The position numbers and the translations under genes are program-made. A DNA stretch of 63,392 nucleotides, counting the filler, from Chiloscyllium plagiosum (taxonomy: Eukaryota), in the NCBI RefSeq assembly GCF_004010195.1. It is 5 parts of one record of this genome, joined end to end, with 100 filler letters (N's around TTAATTAATTAA, not from the genome) between each part and the next. Parts side by side here need not be neighbours in the genome. Positions count along the whole stretch, not along the records: positions 28,640 to 55,595 come from NC_057710.1; positions 55,696 to 61,493 come from NC_057710.1; positions 61,594 to 63,392 come from NC_057710.1; 2 more parts are not named here. The stretch is one strand, 5' to 3'. How positions within the stretch are numbered: position 1 is the first letter of the stretch; each line of letters begins with the position of its first letter. Below are positions 50,003 to 61,744 of this stretch, one piece after another. Under the pieces are notes generated by a model, which was not told the origin of the DNA, did no database searches, and saw only the letters and a list, made by a program, of their open reading frames with translations.

Positions 50003-50149
50003 ACCATGGTGTGGAGTAGCCGGCGTTAGACTGGGATGGACAAAATCACACAAGGTTATAGTCCAACAGGTTTATTTGGAAGTACAAGCTTTCGGAGCGC
50101 TGCTTCTCCGTCGGGTAGCTCATGGGGCAGTGCGATGTGTGATTTTTTT
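50003..50149 (-). mobile_element. Penelope-type mini-insertion (third family) with 14-bp TSD, nested in a CR1-like tail (~49650-50230)
   Basis: TSD ACTAATGTGGGTAA at 49989-50002 and 50150-50163. Inverted aaaatcacac/gtgtgatttt. Decayed hammerhead ...GCTCC-GAAAGCTT on the minus strand. Confidence 0.7.
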
Positions 50150-51369
50150 ACTAATGTGGGTAAGTAAGTGTAGATTGGCTGAAGGGCCTCTTCTGAGCTG
50201 TACGACTGTACGCTTGTCCAGGGGAGTGTGAATAAAAGCACTAAGTGACCTCCAACGCTCTCAAAAAGGACTGGATCTTAGTGGAAAACATTCAGCGCGC
50301 TGTTTGCCTTTCTGGCCTTGTTATCAAGTAACCGATAGCCTGCCGTAAAGAAAAGAAAACTCCGTGCACAGTAAGTATGTGGTAATGTGGAGACAAGGAG
50401 GCCGCTGCTTCCGAGGATTCTGTGAGTAATAAGACCATAAACAGTCTACATATAATAAAGATATTTATTGGGAAACCAACCTTAATGTTGAGCTGTCACT
50501 GCAGATTACAGCCTCCAGCAATGATAAACAGTGAACAGTGAACCAACCTTGGCTGCTTCTGTTTTTAATTAAAATTAATTATTAAACCCATTTCCAAATT
50601 TCAAGTAACCCACAAGGCGCGGCGGGATTAGTCCTTTGGGAAGGACAGGGGTGGGTGAAGATTAAATCTTGATCGCCAAAGCATCCGCTTCCAGTTTTCA
50701 TGGAGATGGGATAACGAATTTGCCAGTCACTCTCGAGGCGGGTTAATTCTTATAATATTTGTACAGAGGCGGTTTGAAAGAGATTGTTCATCGCTACTTA
50801 AAAGTTAACATCTCCACCATTAAGTTTCCAGAATTACGGAAAACCGCTCCTTCACCACGCACGAGTGGCCTTTCGCGGGGTTGGGTTCAGGTCGGGGCAG
50901 CAACGCTGCTTATTTTGGGCCCTCTGGGAAGCAATTTAGGAACGGGATTTCTCGTGAGAGACTTAGTTGTGCCGTTTGGAGGCTTAGATGGATGACCGGG
51001 TGCCTGGAGTTTGATGCTGTAGATTGACTTGGGACGAGGAAGACCATCAGCAGTGATGCTGTGCTGTTGTGAAGAGAGATGCAGGTAACGAGGTCCATAT
51101 CTCAGGACCCAGTCCCATATAACCAAGTGGACAGACACAGGTTCTGGTTCCTCGACCCCTCAGAAAAGCAGAGCTTATGGAGGCTGAGCATGGCACATCA
51201 TATGATCATGGACATTTGCACTCTCCTAGAGAACAAACTATGCATCCTGCTGGACGGGTAGGCATTTATTGCCAAAGGGTTAACCGTGACCACTACCTCA
51301 AGCTCTCGCATGGTGCTATCTTCTAGGGCAGTGCCAAGGGCATACTGAATATCTCCCAGTCATCTGTAC

Positions 51370-54270
51370 CTGAAATAACTGCACAGAGTCTAGTCACCAA
51401 GACACCCTTTATTTACACGGGCACAGTATACTATCTGTGAGCAGCCAGCTCAGAATCAGTTGCCTGGAATCTGGAGACTCTCTCAATCTTCTGTTTTTTT
51501 TTCCTTTTCTTCCCCCCACCCACCCATGTTTTATTAACTAATACAAACTACAGTTAACATTATCAGCTGTATAGAAGAGATTGCAATTTAGAGGGGAAAG
51601 CAAAGCCAGACCCCAAACCCCACCATACAAACAGTTCACAGGGAAATGAGGACAACCTTGAATCCCACCTCACATCCATCAAGAAGGAAACAGTAAACGT
51701 TATCATAGACAATCTGGTAAAGTGAACAATAAAACTGTGATACATGCACTGATACCCCTAGCAATCCACACAACTCTCCCACCTTCTGGACACTCAAAAG
51801 CAGCTGCCTGTATGCCCCTTCAGGCTCTCTGTCCACCCCATGTCCCTTTCAGCCTTTCCTGGTTTTCTTTTTCCTGTGTTTTATTTTATTGAACAGTACC
51901 ACTTACAAACAATTAACATTAACAGCTGTATACAGAGAAAAACAGCTTACAAGGCAGAGGAGCAGCAAAGCCAAACCCCAGATTCTACCATTCAACCAGT
52001 TTTTAGGGAAATAGGATAACCCTCAAATCCCACTTTGAGTCATCACAAAAGTAGCAGTAACAAATACATACAAGACAGTGCAATTGGATAAGAAACAGTG
52101 CATAGAAACAGACCCCCCCCCCCCCCTCCAAGACCATTACCGTAAACAGTTCCCATCCCGAAGGCAGAGTCCCCTCTGGAACTCCAGGCTGCAGCAAATG
52201 CTCACCTCCCTGCACTCACACCTGTTCAGTCTTTAGAGAGGCTTAGTCCACCGACAAAGGGCCAGGCCTAGCCAAAGCAATAGTTCATCTGGAAAGGTGC
52301 ATTTTCTCACAGGGGCTCAGCCCAAATACCAAACCAAAAAGTGAAAACACATACAAAAAAGAAAGAAAACCAGAGTGCAAGGGCTAAGACCTGTCACAAA
52401 ATCAACATTGTCCTTAACACAGGCTGGAACCAACCTGTGAAACAACATTTCCCTAATGAGAACTGAGTTACGCCTGTAACACACTGTCTGTTTAAATCAG
52501 CCAGTTTAAAAGTCAGTCTTCAATTAGAAGAAATGTCAGTTAACAAACTGGCTATATGGTTCAGCCACGTTCAGGAATCACGTTTCCTCTAAAAACAAAC
52601 AGAAACCAAAAGCAGCAGTAACACATTGACTCTGGCCCAGCCAGCACAGATTCAGTCCCCTAAACTGAGGAGACTCTAAGTTTCCTGGTTATATCAGTTA
52701 GCCAAGGCTTTCCCGAATGTGGGGTGAAAATGTGTTGCTGGAAAAGCGCAGCAGGTCAGGCAGCATCCAGGGAACAGGAGAATCGACGTTTCGGGCAAAA
52801 GCCCTTCCTGAAGAAGGGCTTATGCCCGAAACATCGATTCTCCTGTTCCCTGGATGCTACCTGACCTGCTGCGCTTTTCCAGCAACACATTTTCAGCTCT
52901 GATCTCCAGCATCTGCAGACCTCACTTTCTCCTTTCCCGAATGTCCCAGGTTAACAGTGCACACTGACTGTGGCCCAGCCAGTCCAGAGTCTGTCTCCTA
53001 AACTGAGGAGATTGTAAATCACCTGTTTATTTTTTTTTCCTCACAGCCAGCCCTCAGAGTAAACAGGATGTCTGACACTCCCTTTTTAACTTTTTTTAGT
53101 GAGCAGAAGCCCTGACACTCATGTTCTTTTCTCCTTTTTCTTTTTTTTCCCATGTTGTGTGTGTGTGTGCAGGTGTCGGACACAATGAAAAACAACAAGT
53201 GTGAGAATCTTTATTTATAGTCCACTACCAGGAAGAAAGGAAACACCCAAGTGGCCTTCTCAGAGGGCAATGCTACATGGTCAAACAGTGAAGGGGAGGG
53301 CAGGGATTCAATCAAAATAGAGTTGGAGGGAGAAATCTGTTTATTTTATTTTTTCCTGGTTATATTTTTTATTTTATTAAACAATACAGTTTGCAAGACA
53401 GTTAACATTAACAGCTGTATACAAAAAAACAGCAATTTTCCAAGGGACAGGAGCAGCAAAGCCAAGCCCCAAACCCCTACCATTCAACCAGTTTTCAGGG
53501 AAATGAGGACAAACCTCAAATCCAACTGTCAATCATTACAAACCAGTAACGATGGCAAGTACATATAAGACAGTCCAATTATATTAAAAAGTGCATAAAA
53601 TACAGATGCTCAGCAGCCCACCCATCCCTCCCACCTTCCGGCCACTTCTAGGACAGCCCGTCCCGTTACCTGCCCGGGGTGACATCGCTGAGGACAGCCT
53701 ACCTGCTTTCTGGCTCTGTCTGCCCCTACATACCATCTGGCTCTCACCCACCCCGACATGCCATCCAGCCTGTGGACTGCCCTGACACACATTCCGGCCA
53801 CATCTAGGACAGCCCGTTCCCTTCCCTGGGACGGCAGTGCACAGGGCAGCCCACAAGCCTTCAGGATCTCGGCCTGCCCCTACGCATCTTCTAGCTCTCA
53901 GTCACTCTAACACACCTTCCGACCACCTCTAGGACAGCCCGTCCCGATTACCCCTTCTCGAGATGACAGCGCTCAGAATGGCCTACCCACCTTCTGGCTC
54001 TCAGGGCAGCAAGCTTCAGTGTGGCCTAACCACCTAAATGGGCTGCCTTAGAGTGGTTGGAAGGTGGAAGGGACGGGGGCTTGCTGGGTCTGTATTGTCT
54101 GCACTTTTATTTCCTGTAACAGGATTGGCTTTTTGTGTACAAATGTCATTGTCTCTGTCTTATATGTGAAACTGGGATTTGAGGTCTGACCTCATCTCTC
54201 TGTAAACTGGTGTGGCCGAGCCACCTAAATCTCCTGTTTATATCTGTCAGTCAGGGCTGCCTTACCGGTC
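51370..54270. repeat. Complex repeat cluster: three ~230-bp copies of a non-LTR 3' end (Tx1-like) within a tandemly repeated cagcc..cctaaactgaggaga unit
   Basis: Unit ttatt.aac..tac...ttaacatt..cagctgtata...gcaaagcca...ggga aa..aggac at ~51530, ~51885 and ~53375. The copy at 51885 extends (minus strand) into an L1/Tx1-like C-terminus (LVFG...IALAR...FAAAW). The unit tctaggacagcccgt repeats three times at 53640-53945. Confidence 0.5.
52721..52931. mobile_element. Palindromic Penelope terminal-repeat mini-insertion, 13-bp TSD
   Basis: TSD CTTTCCCGAATGT at 52708-52720 and 52932-52944. Near-perfect ~80-bp inverted arms meet at the hammerhead core. Confidence 0.88.
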
Positions 54271-54794
54271 CAGGTTAACAGCCCCAATCAATGTCAATAA
54301 GACCTACCTGGTTCCGATCACTACAGCACTGAAATGTAAAGGGGAAATGACGGTCTGGCATTTGTGTAAGTTTTCCCTGTGATGACAACAAGACAAGCAA
54401 CAGAAACGTAGTCACATTATGAAATGTCCCAAGATCCTTCATTGGAGTTTCTGAAAACAACATTCACTGAGCCGATTGGAGGGATTTGCATCTGAAATGG
54501 GAGGGAAAGGAGTCACAAATTTGTGATGCACAACATACTTTTAACAAAATCTTTATAAACGAGGTGCTAATTTGTAAGGATAGTGGGATGAAAGGTTGGT
54601 TTTTAGGGACAGATGATGACAGCAGATTTTACAGATCAATCAGGAATATTTGTCAATTGAATATTGGTGCAGATTGATTCTAGATTCCCTGGGAGTAGTT
54701 ATGATGCTTTCCTACTGAGACATCCAACAACCCTGATGTATTCGCATCTGGAGTATCTTTCTCAGAAAAGGCACCCCTTCCTTAATATACATAT

Positions 54795-55295
54795 TCATTC
54801 ACAGGATGTGACTTTGCCAGCATTTATTGTCCATTCCTAATATCTCTTGAGAAAGCAGTGATGAAATATCTTTGTGAGAACTGCTGTCTGTGGGGAGGTA
54901 AGTCCACCCAAGGTGCTGTTAGGAATTTGCAGTACTTTGACCCAGTGATCAAGCAGCAATATTGTTCCAAGGCAGGATAGCCTGAGGCCTTAGGAGAATG
55001 TACAGGTCATAGTGTTGCCATGCATCTGTCACCCTTGTCCTTCTCAGTAGTAGACACTGCAGGTTTAGAACATGCTGCCAAAGGATCAGTGATGATTTGT
55101 TGTAGTGCATTTTGTAGATGCTACCACTATGGATCAGTGGTGAAGAAAATTAATATTTAAAGTGATGGATGGGATGTCAATCAATTTGTTTGCTTTGTCT
55201 GAGGTGATGCCAAGCTTCTGGAATGTTATTGGAATGTTGCAATCATCCACGAAAGTGAAGAGTATTCCAGCACAATCTTAACTTGTGCATTTTAA
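54795..55295 (-). mobile_element. LINE 3' fragment (same family as 46525)
   Basis: tattcattca...gccagcatttattgtccattcctaa...ttgagaa end and shared internal text. Confidence 0.6.
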
Positions 55296-55301
55296 GTGTT
55301 A

Positions 55302-55595
55302 GAGGAGAAAGTGAGGACTGCAGATGCTGGAGATCAGAGCTGAAAATGTGTTGCTGGAAAAGCGCAGCAGGTCAGGCAGCATCCAAGGAGCACGAGCCCT
55401 TCTTCAGGAATGAGGAAAGTGTGTCAGCAGGCTAAGATAAAAGGTAGGGAGGAGGGACTTGGGGGAGGGGCGTTGGGAATGCGATAGGTGGAGGGAGGTC
55501 AAGGTGACGGTGATAGGCCGGAGTGGGGTGGGGGCGGAGAGGTCAGGAAGATGATTGCAGGTTAGGAAGGCGGTGCTGAGGTCGAGGGATTTGAC
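55302..55595 (-). mobile_element. Penelope terminal repeat, cut by a gap
   Basis: gaggagaaagtgaggactgcagatgctggagatcagagctgaaaatgtgttgctgg... Confidence 0.8.
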
Positions 55596-55695
55596 NNNNN
55601 NNNNNNNNNNNNNNNNNNNNNNNNNNNNNNNNNNNNNNNTTAATTAATTAANNNNNNNNNNNNNNNNNNNNNNNNNNNNNNNNNNNNNNNNNNNN
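55596..55695. other. Assembly spacer N44-TTAATTAATTAA-N44
   Basis: Same 100-bp construct as at 17168. Confidence 0.95.
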
Positions 55696-56710
55696 AAAAA
55701 AAAGGGAGGGGATATAAACCAAAACGGGGGGGGGGAAGGCAGACCAACATCCATTATGTACTACCGTTTATCTAAGGGAGTCCAAGAATTCCTTAGCCTT
55801 TTCTGGTGATCCGAAGTTATATACGGATCCTTCATGGTTAAAGCGTAACGTCGCTGGGTAGCGTAAGGAGTACTGAATATTTAAGTGCCTTAAACGCTTC
55901 TTCGCCTCGTCGAATGCTTTCCTCTTTCGAACCAGAGCCGGGGAAAAGTCCTGAAATAGCATGATCTTGGATCCTTTGTAGATCATAGCTTGGGGGTCTT
56001 TTCCGAGATTTCTAGAGGCTTCTAGGAGTATCTGCCTCTCCCTGTAGCTCTGCAGCCGGAACAGGACCGGGCGTGGGCGCTGGTTCGAGCCGGGCCCGCG
56101 TATTGCTACCCGGTAGGCCCATTCCACCCTTACCTGGCCTGATCCAGCTTCCAGATTTAAAAGCTGTGGCAGCTACTGCTCCAGGAATGCTGTAAGCTGG
56201 CCTTCCTCTTCCTGTTCGGGAAGGCCCAGCAAACGAATATTTTTTCGACGACCTTGATTATCGGAGGTCACGGCCTTTAACTCCGCCCCTCCGACTCGGC
56301 GTTCAATTTCTTGAATTCTCGGTCGTGCTTCTGCAGCGCGGCCGAGAGCGAGTCCCAACGATTTCTGGATTCTGCAATAAAGGCATCGATCTTCAAGTCC
56401 AGCTTGGAAATCATTTCTGCAAGGCTTGTTACTGTAGGTAAGTCCCCCGGGGCGGCTGTGGATGCCTCTGCTGCAGCTGGAGAGGGTGGGGGAGGGGTTC
56501 CTGCTTGCTGAGAGCTGTGGGCTCCCTTCCCTTTAGTCATTTTAACTTAGGATTAAATTGTTTAAATGTAATATTACACAACTAATTAAATTACACAACT
56601 ATTATAAATGTTTTGATGAGCGTGGTAGGGGGTGGGTGACCCACTGTACCCAAGTCTTGGGAGGAGCACTATAGACTCAGTCTTGCTGGTTGCCGCCATC
56701 TTGGATCCCC
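55696..56710 (-). mobile_element. L1 5' UTR + ORF1 (disrupted)
   Basis: 5' end GGGGATCCAAGATGGCGG. ORF1 pieces MTKGKG..., RRKNIRLLGLPE and FQDFSPALVRKRKAF...YPATL, with a frameshift, a stop and an 84-nt deletion. Confidence 0.9.
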
Positions 56711-56714
56711 GACT

Positions 56715-59700
56715 TTATCTATTTATCCAATTCACGCCCTTCATAATTTTGTAAACCTCTATGAGGTCACCCCTCAGCCTCTGACGCTCAAGGGAAAACA
56801 GCACCAGCTTGTTCAACCTACCCCTATAGTTCAAATCCTCCAACTCTGGCAACATCCTTGTAAATCTTTTCTGAACCCTTTCAAGTTTCACAACATCTTT
56901 CCAATAGGAAAGAGACCAGAATTGCACCCAACATTCCAACAATGGCCTAACCAATGTACAGCCGCAACATGACCTCCCAACTCCTGTACTCCATAAAGGA
57001 AAGCATACCAAACGCCTTCTTCACTGTTGTATCTAACTGCGACTCCACTTTCAAGGAGCTATGAACCTGCACACAAAGGTCTCTTTGTTCAGCAACACTC
57101 CCGAGGACCTTACCATTAAGTGTATAAGTCCTGCTAAGATTTGCTTTTCCAAAATGCAGCACTTCACATTCATATGAGTGAAACTCCATCTGCCACTTCT
57201 CAGCCCATTTGCCCATCTGTTCAAATTCCTGTTGTAATCTGAGGTAACCTTCTTCGCTATCCACTACACCTCCAAGTTTGGTGTCATCTGCAAACTTACT
57301 AACTATACCTCTTATGCTCACATCCAAATCGTTTATGTCAATGATGAAAAGTAGAGGGCCCAGCACCGATCCTTGTGGCACTCCACTGGTCACAGGCCTC
57401 GAGTCTGAAAAATAACCTTCCACCACCACCCTCTATCTTTGAGCCAGTTCTGTATCTCAATGACTATTTCTCCCTGTATTCCGTGAGATTTAACCTTGCT
57501 AACCAGTCTCCCATGGGGAACCTTGTTGAACACCTTACTGGTCCATATAGATCACATCTACTGCTCTGCCCTCATCAATCCTCTTTGTTACCTCTTCAAA
57601 AAACTCAATCAAGTTTTTGAGACATGATTTCCCACGCACAAAGCCATGTTGACTATCCCTAATTAGTTCTTGCCTTTCTAAATACATGTATATCCTGTCC
57701 CTCAGGATTCCCTCCAACAACTTGCCCACCACCGACATCAGACTCACCGATCTATAGTTCCCTGACTTGTCCTTACCACTCTTCTTAAACAGTGGCACCA
57801 CGTTAGCCAACTTCCAGTCTTCTGGCCCCTCACCTGTGACTATCGATGATACAAATATCTCCGCAAGAAGCCCATCAATCACTTCCCTAGCTTCCCACAG
57901 AGTTCTCGGGTACACCTGATCAGGTCTAAAGCGGTGCTAAATCCTTGCTTCTTCCACCTTATGTAAGCTGCTTTCTTCCTTTTGATGAGAAGCTCCTCTG
58001 TTCTTGTCATCCAAGGTTCCTTAACCTCACCCCTTTTTACCTATCTCAGAGGAACAAATTCGTGCACCACTTGCAACAACTGCTCCTTAAACAGTCTCCA
58101 CATATATATGCTCTGCTGTTTCTGTGGAACAATTACTCCCAGTCTGTACTTCCCAACTCCTGTCTGATAGCATCATAATTTCCTTTTCCCCAATTAAATA
58201 TCTTCCTTTGGTAACTGCTCCTTTCCCTCTCCAAGGCTATGGTAAATATGAGGCAGTTATGATCATTGTCACCAAAGTGTTATCCTACCACGAGATCTAA
58301 TCTAATCTGATACCTGTACTGGCTCATTGCCGAACACAAATCCAAAATGGCCTCTTCCCTCGTCGGTCTGTCTACATAGTGAGTAAGGAATCTCTCCTGA
58401 ACACACCTGACAAAAACGGCTCCATCCAAACCATCTGCACTAATGAGGTTCCAGTTGATATTCGGGAAAGTTGAAATCACCCATAAAAACAACCCTGCTA
58501 CATCTGTATTTTTCCAAAATCTGCCAACCTATGAGTTCTTCAATCTCTCTACTGCTATTAGGGGGTCAGTAGAAAACCCCCAATGAGGTGGCTGTTCCCT
58601 TGCTGTTCCTAACTTCCACCCATACTGACTCAGTAGGCAACCCTTCCTCAACAACCTTCGTTTCTATGGCTGTGATGCACTCTCTGATTAGCAACGCTAC
58701 ACAACCTCCTCTTTTTCCACCATCCCTGTTCTTTTTGAACGTTCTAAACCTGAAATATCAAGCAATCATTCCTGTCCCTGTGAAACCCATGTCTCCGTTA
58801 TAGCCACAACATCATAGCCCCAAGTCCTGATCCATACTTTAAGTTCGTCACTCTTATTTCTGACACTCCTTGCGTTAAAGCAGACACATTTTAATCAATC
58901 GCGTCCTTCCCGATAGATCCACTACATCCTGTCACTGCCCCAGCTGTAACTGCTCCCCTCTCAGATATGTGGCTGTGATTCCCACCCCCCTGCCAAACTA
59001 GTTTAAATCCTCCCGAACCACACGAGCAAATCTTCCACCCAGGACATTTGTGCCATCCAGTTCAGGTGCAACCTGTCCTCCATGTACAGGTCCCACCTTC
59101 CCCAGAAGGTATCCCAATGGTCTAGGTGTCTGAAGCCCTCCCTCCTACATCAGTCTCACAGCTATGTGTTAAGCTGCATTCACTGACTGTTCCTCATCTC
59201 ACTATCTCGTGGCACCGGTAGCAAACCTGAGATCACTACTCTGGTCGTCCTGCTCTTCAGCTTCCAACCTAACTCTCTGTAGTCACTTTTCAGATCCTCA
59301 ATCCCTTTCCTGGCTATGTCATTGGTGCCAATATGTACCACGATTTCTGGCTACTCCCCCTCCCCCTTTAGAATCCTGTAAACCCGATTGGCAATATTCC
59401 GGACTCTGGCTCTGGGGAGGCAACATACCTTCCGGGAGTCCCATTCCTGATCTGTACACAATACTCCAAATGCGGTCACACCAGAGTTTTGTACAGCTAC
59501 AAAATGGCTGCGTGGCTCTGAAACCCAATCCTTCCACCAGTAAAAACTAACCCACTGTATGCCTTCTTAAGAACCCTATCAAACTGTGTGGCAACTTTCA
59601 TGGATTTATGTACATGGACACTGAGATCTTTCTGCTCATCTACACTGCCAAGAATCTTATCATTTGCCCATTACTCTTTATTTCTGTTGCTCCTTACAAA

Positions 59701-60515
59701 GTGAATTACCTCACACTCCACATTAAATTCCATTTGCCACCTGTCAGCCCAGCTCTGCAGCTTATCTATGTCCCTCTATAACATGCAACAGCCTTCGGCA
59801 TTATCCACAACTCCACCAACCTTAGTGTCATCTACAAATTTATTAACCTATCCTTTTACGCCCTTATCCAAGTCATTTGTAAAATTGACAAATAGCAGTA
59901 GACCCAAACAGATCCTTGCAGTACAGCACTGGTAACTGAACTCCAGGATGAACATTTCCCATCAACCACTACCTCTGTCTTCTTTTAAACAGCCAATTTC
60001 TGATCCAAACCACTAAATCACCCTCAAACCTCCATACTTTGTGCAATAACCTACCATGGGAACTTTATCAAACGTCTTACTGAAATCCATATACACCATA
60101 TAAACTGCTTTACCATCATCCATCTGTTTGATCACCTTCTCAAAGAACTCAATAAGCTTTGTGAAGCACAACCTACCCTTCACAAAACCGTGTTGGCTAT
60201 CCCTGATCTACTTATTCCTTTCTAGATGATTGTAGATCCTGTCTCTTATAACCTTTTCCAAAACTTTACCCATAACCGAAGTAAGGCTTACTGGTCTGTA
60301 ATTACCAGGGTTGCCTCTACTCCCCTCCTTGAACAAGTGGACATTTGCTATCCTCCAGTCTTCTTTCACTATTCCTGTAGACAATGATGACATAAAGATC
60401 AAAGCCAAAGGGTCTGCAATCTCCTCCCTGGCTTCCCAGAGAATCCTAGATTAAATCCCATCTGGCCCAGGGGATTTATCTATTTTCACACTTTCTAGAA
60501 TCGCTAACACATTCT
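56715..60515 (-). mobile_element. CR1 fragments (ORF2 RT, endonuclease, ORF1 esterase; second RT fragment 59445-60515)
   Basis: [32 protein letters not shown] in ORFs at 56947, 57535 and 60208. Confidence 0.88.
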
Positions 60516-60519
60516 TCTT

Positions 60520-61493
60520 GGGGGGGATCCAAGATGGCGGCGACCCAGTAAGACTGAGTCTATAGTGCTCCTCCCAAGACTTGGGCACAGTGGGTCACCT
60601 ACCCCCTACCAAGCTCACCAAATCATTTATAATAGTTTTGTAATTCAATTAGTTGTGTAATATTACATTTAAACAACTTAATCCTAAGTTAAAATGACTA
60701 AAGGGAAGGGAGCCCGCAGCTCTCAGCAAGCAGGAACCCCTCCCCCACACTCTCCAGCTGCAGCAGAGGCGTCCACAGCCACCCCGGGGGACTTACCAAC
60801 AGTAGCAAGTCTTGCAGAAATGATTTCCAAGCTGGACTTGAAGATCGATGCTTTTATCGTCGAATCCAGAAATCATTGGGAGTCGCTCTCGGCCGCGCTG
60901 CAGAAGCACGACCGTGAGATTGAAGAAATTCAACGCCGAGTCGGAGGGGCGGAGCTAAAGGCCGCGACCTCAGAGACAACCGCTCAATCGGCCGTGGAAC
61001 AGGTCCGGACTCTCGAGCAGCGAGTCCGGACCTTGGAAAATCATAATGACGACCTCGATAATCGAGGACGTCGAAAAAATATTCGTTTGCTGGGCCTTCC
61101 CGAACGGGAAGAGGAAGGCCAGCTTACAGCATTCCTGGAGCAGTGGCTGCCACAACTTTTAAATCTGCAAGCTGGACCAGGCCAGGTAAGGGTGGAATGG
61201 GCCTACCGGCTAGCAATACGCGGGCCCGGCTCGAACCAGCGCCCACGCCCGGTCCTGTTCCGGCTGCAGAGCTACAGGGAGAGGCAGAAACTCCTAGAAG
61301 CCTCTAGAAATCTCGGAAAAGACCCCCAAGATATGATCTACGAAGGATCCAAGATCATGCTATTTCAGGACTTTTCCCCGGCTCTGGTTCGAAAGAGGAA
61401 AGCATTCGACGAGGCGAAGAAGCGTTTAAGAGACTTACATGTTCAGTACTCCTTACGCTACCCAGCGATGTTACACTTTAACCATGAAGGATC
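60520..61493 (+). mobile_element. L1 5' UTR + open ORF1 (60694 to gap)
   Basis: GGGGGGATCCAAGATGGCGGCG start. Uninterrupted ORF1 with coiled coil, RRKNIRLLGLPE, RPRPVLFR and FQDFS motifs. Confidence 0.92.
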
Positions 61494-61593
61494 NNNNNNN
61501 NNNNNNNNNNNNNNNNNNNNNNNNNNNNNNNNNNNNNTTAATTAATTAANNNNNNNNNNNNNNNNNNNNNNNNNNNNNNNNNNNNNNNNNNNN
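61494..61593. other. Assembly spacer N44-TTAATTAATTAA-N44
   Basis: Same 100-bp construct as at 17168. Confidence 0.95.
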
Positions 61594-61614
61594 CCTGCTG
61601 GACACACTTTCCCC

Positions 61615-61650
61615 ATTTCTGAAGAAGGGCTCATGCCCGAAACGTCGATT
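61615..61650 (+). ncRNA. Minimal hammerhead motif in a Penelope terminal repeat (61594-61742)
   Basis: CTGAAGA-A-GGGC-TCAT-GCCC-GAAAC-GTC. Confidence 0.6.
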
Positions 61651-61744
61651 CTCCTGTTCCTTGGATGCTGCCTGACCTGCTGTGCTTTTCCAGCAACACA
61701 TTTTCAGCTCTGATCTCCAGCATCTGCAGTCCTCACTTTTTCCA

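Noticed and set aside
53584..53950. Cys-containing ORFs and a spaced repeat (tctaggacagcccgt x3) superficially like a CRISPR array or zinc finger
   Set aside because: Degenerate internal repeats in vertebrate TE debris; the spacers are related to each other and no cas genes are present.
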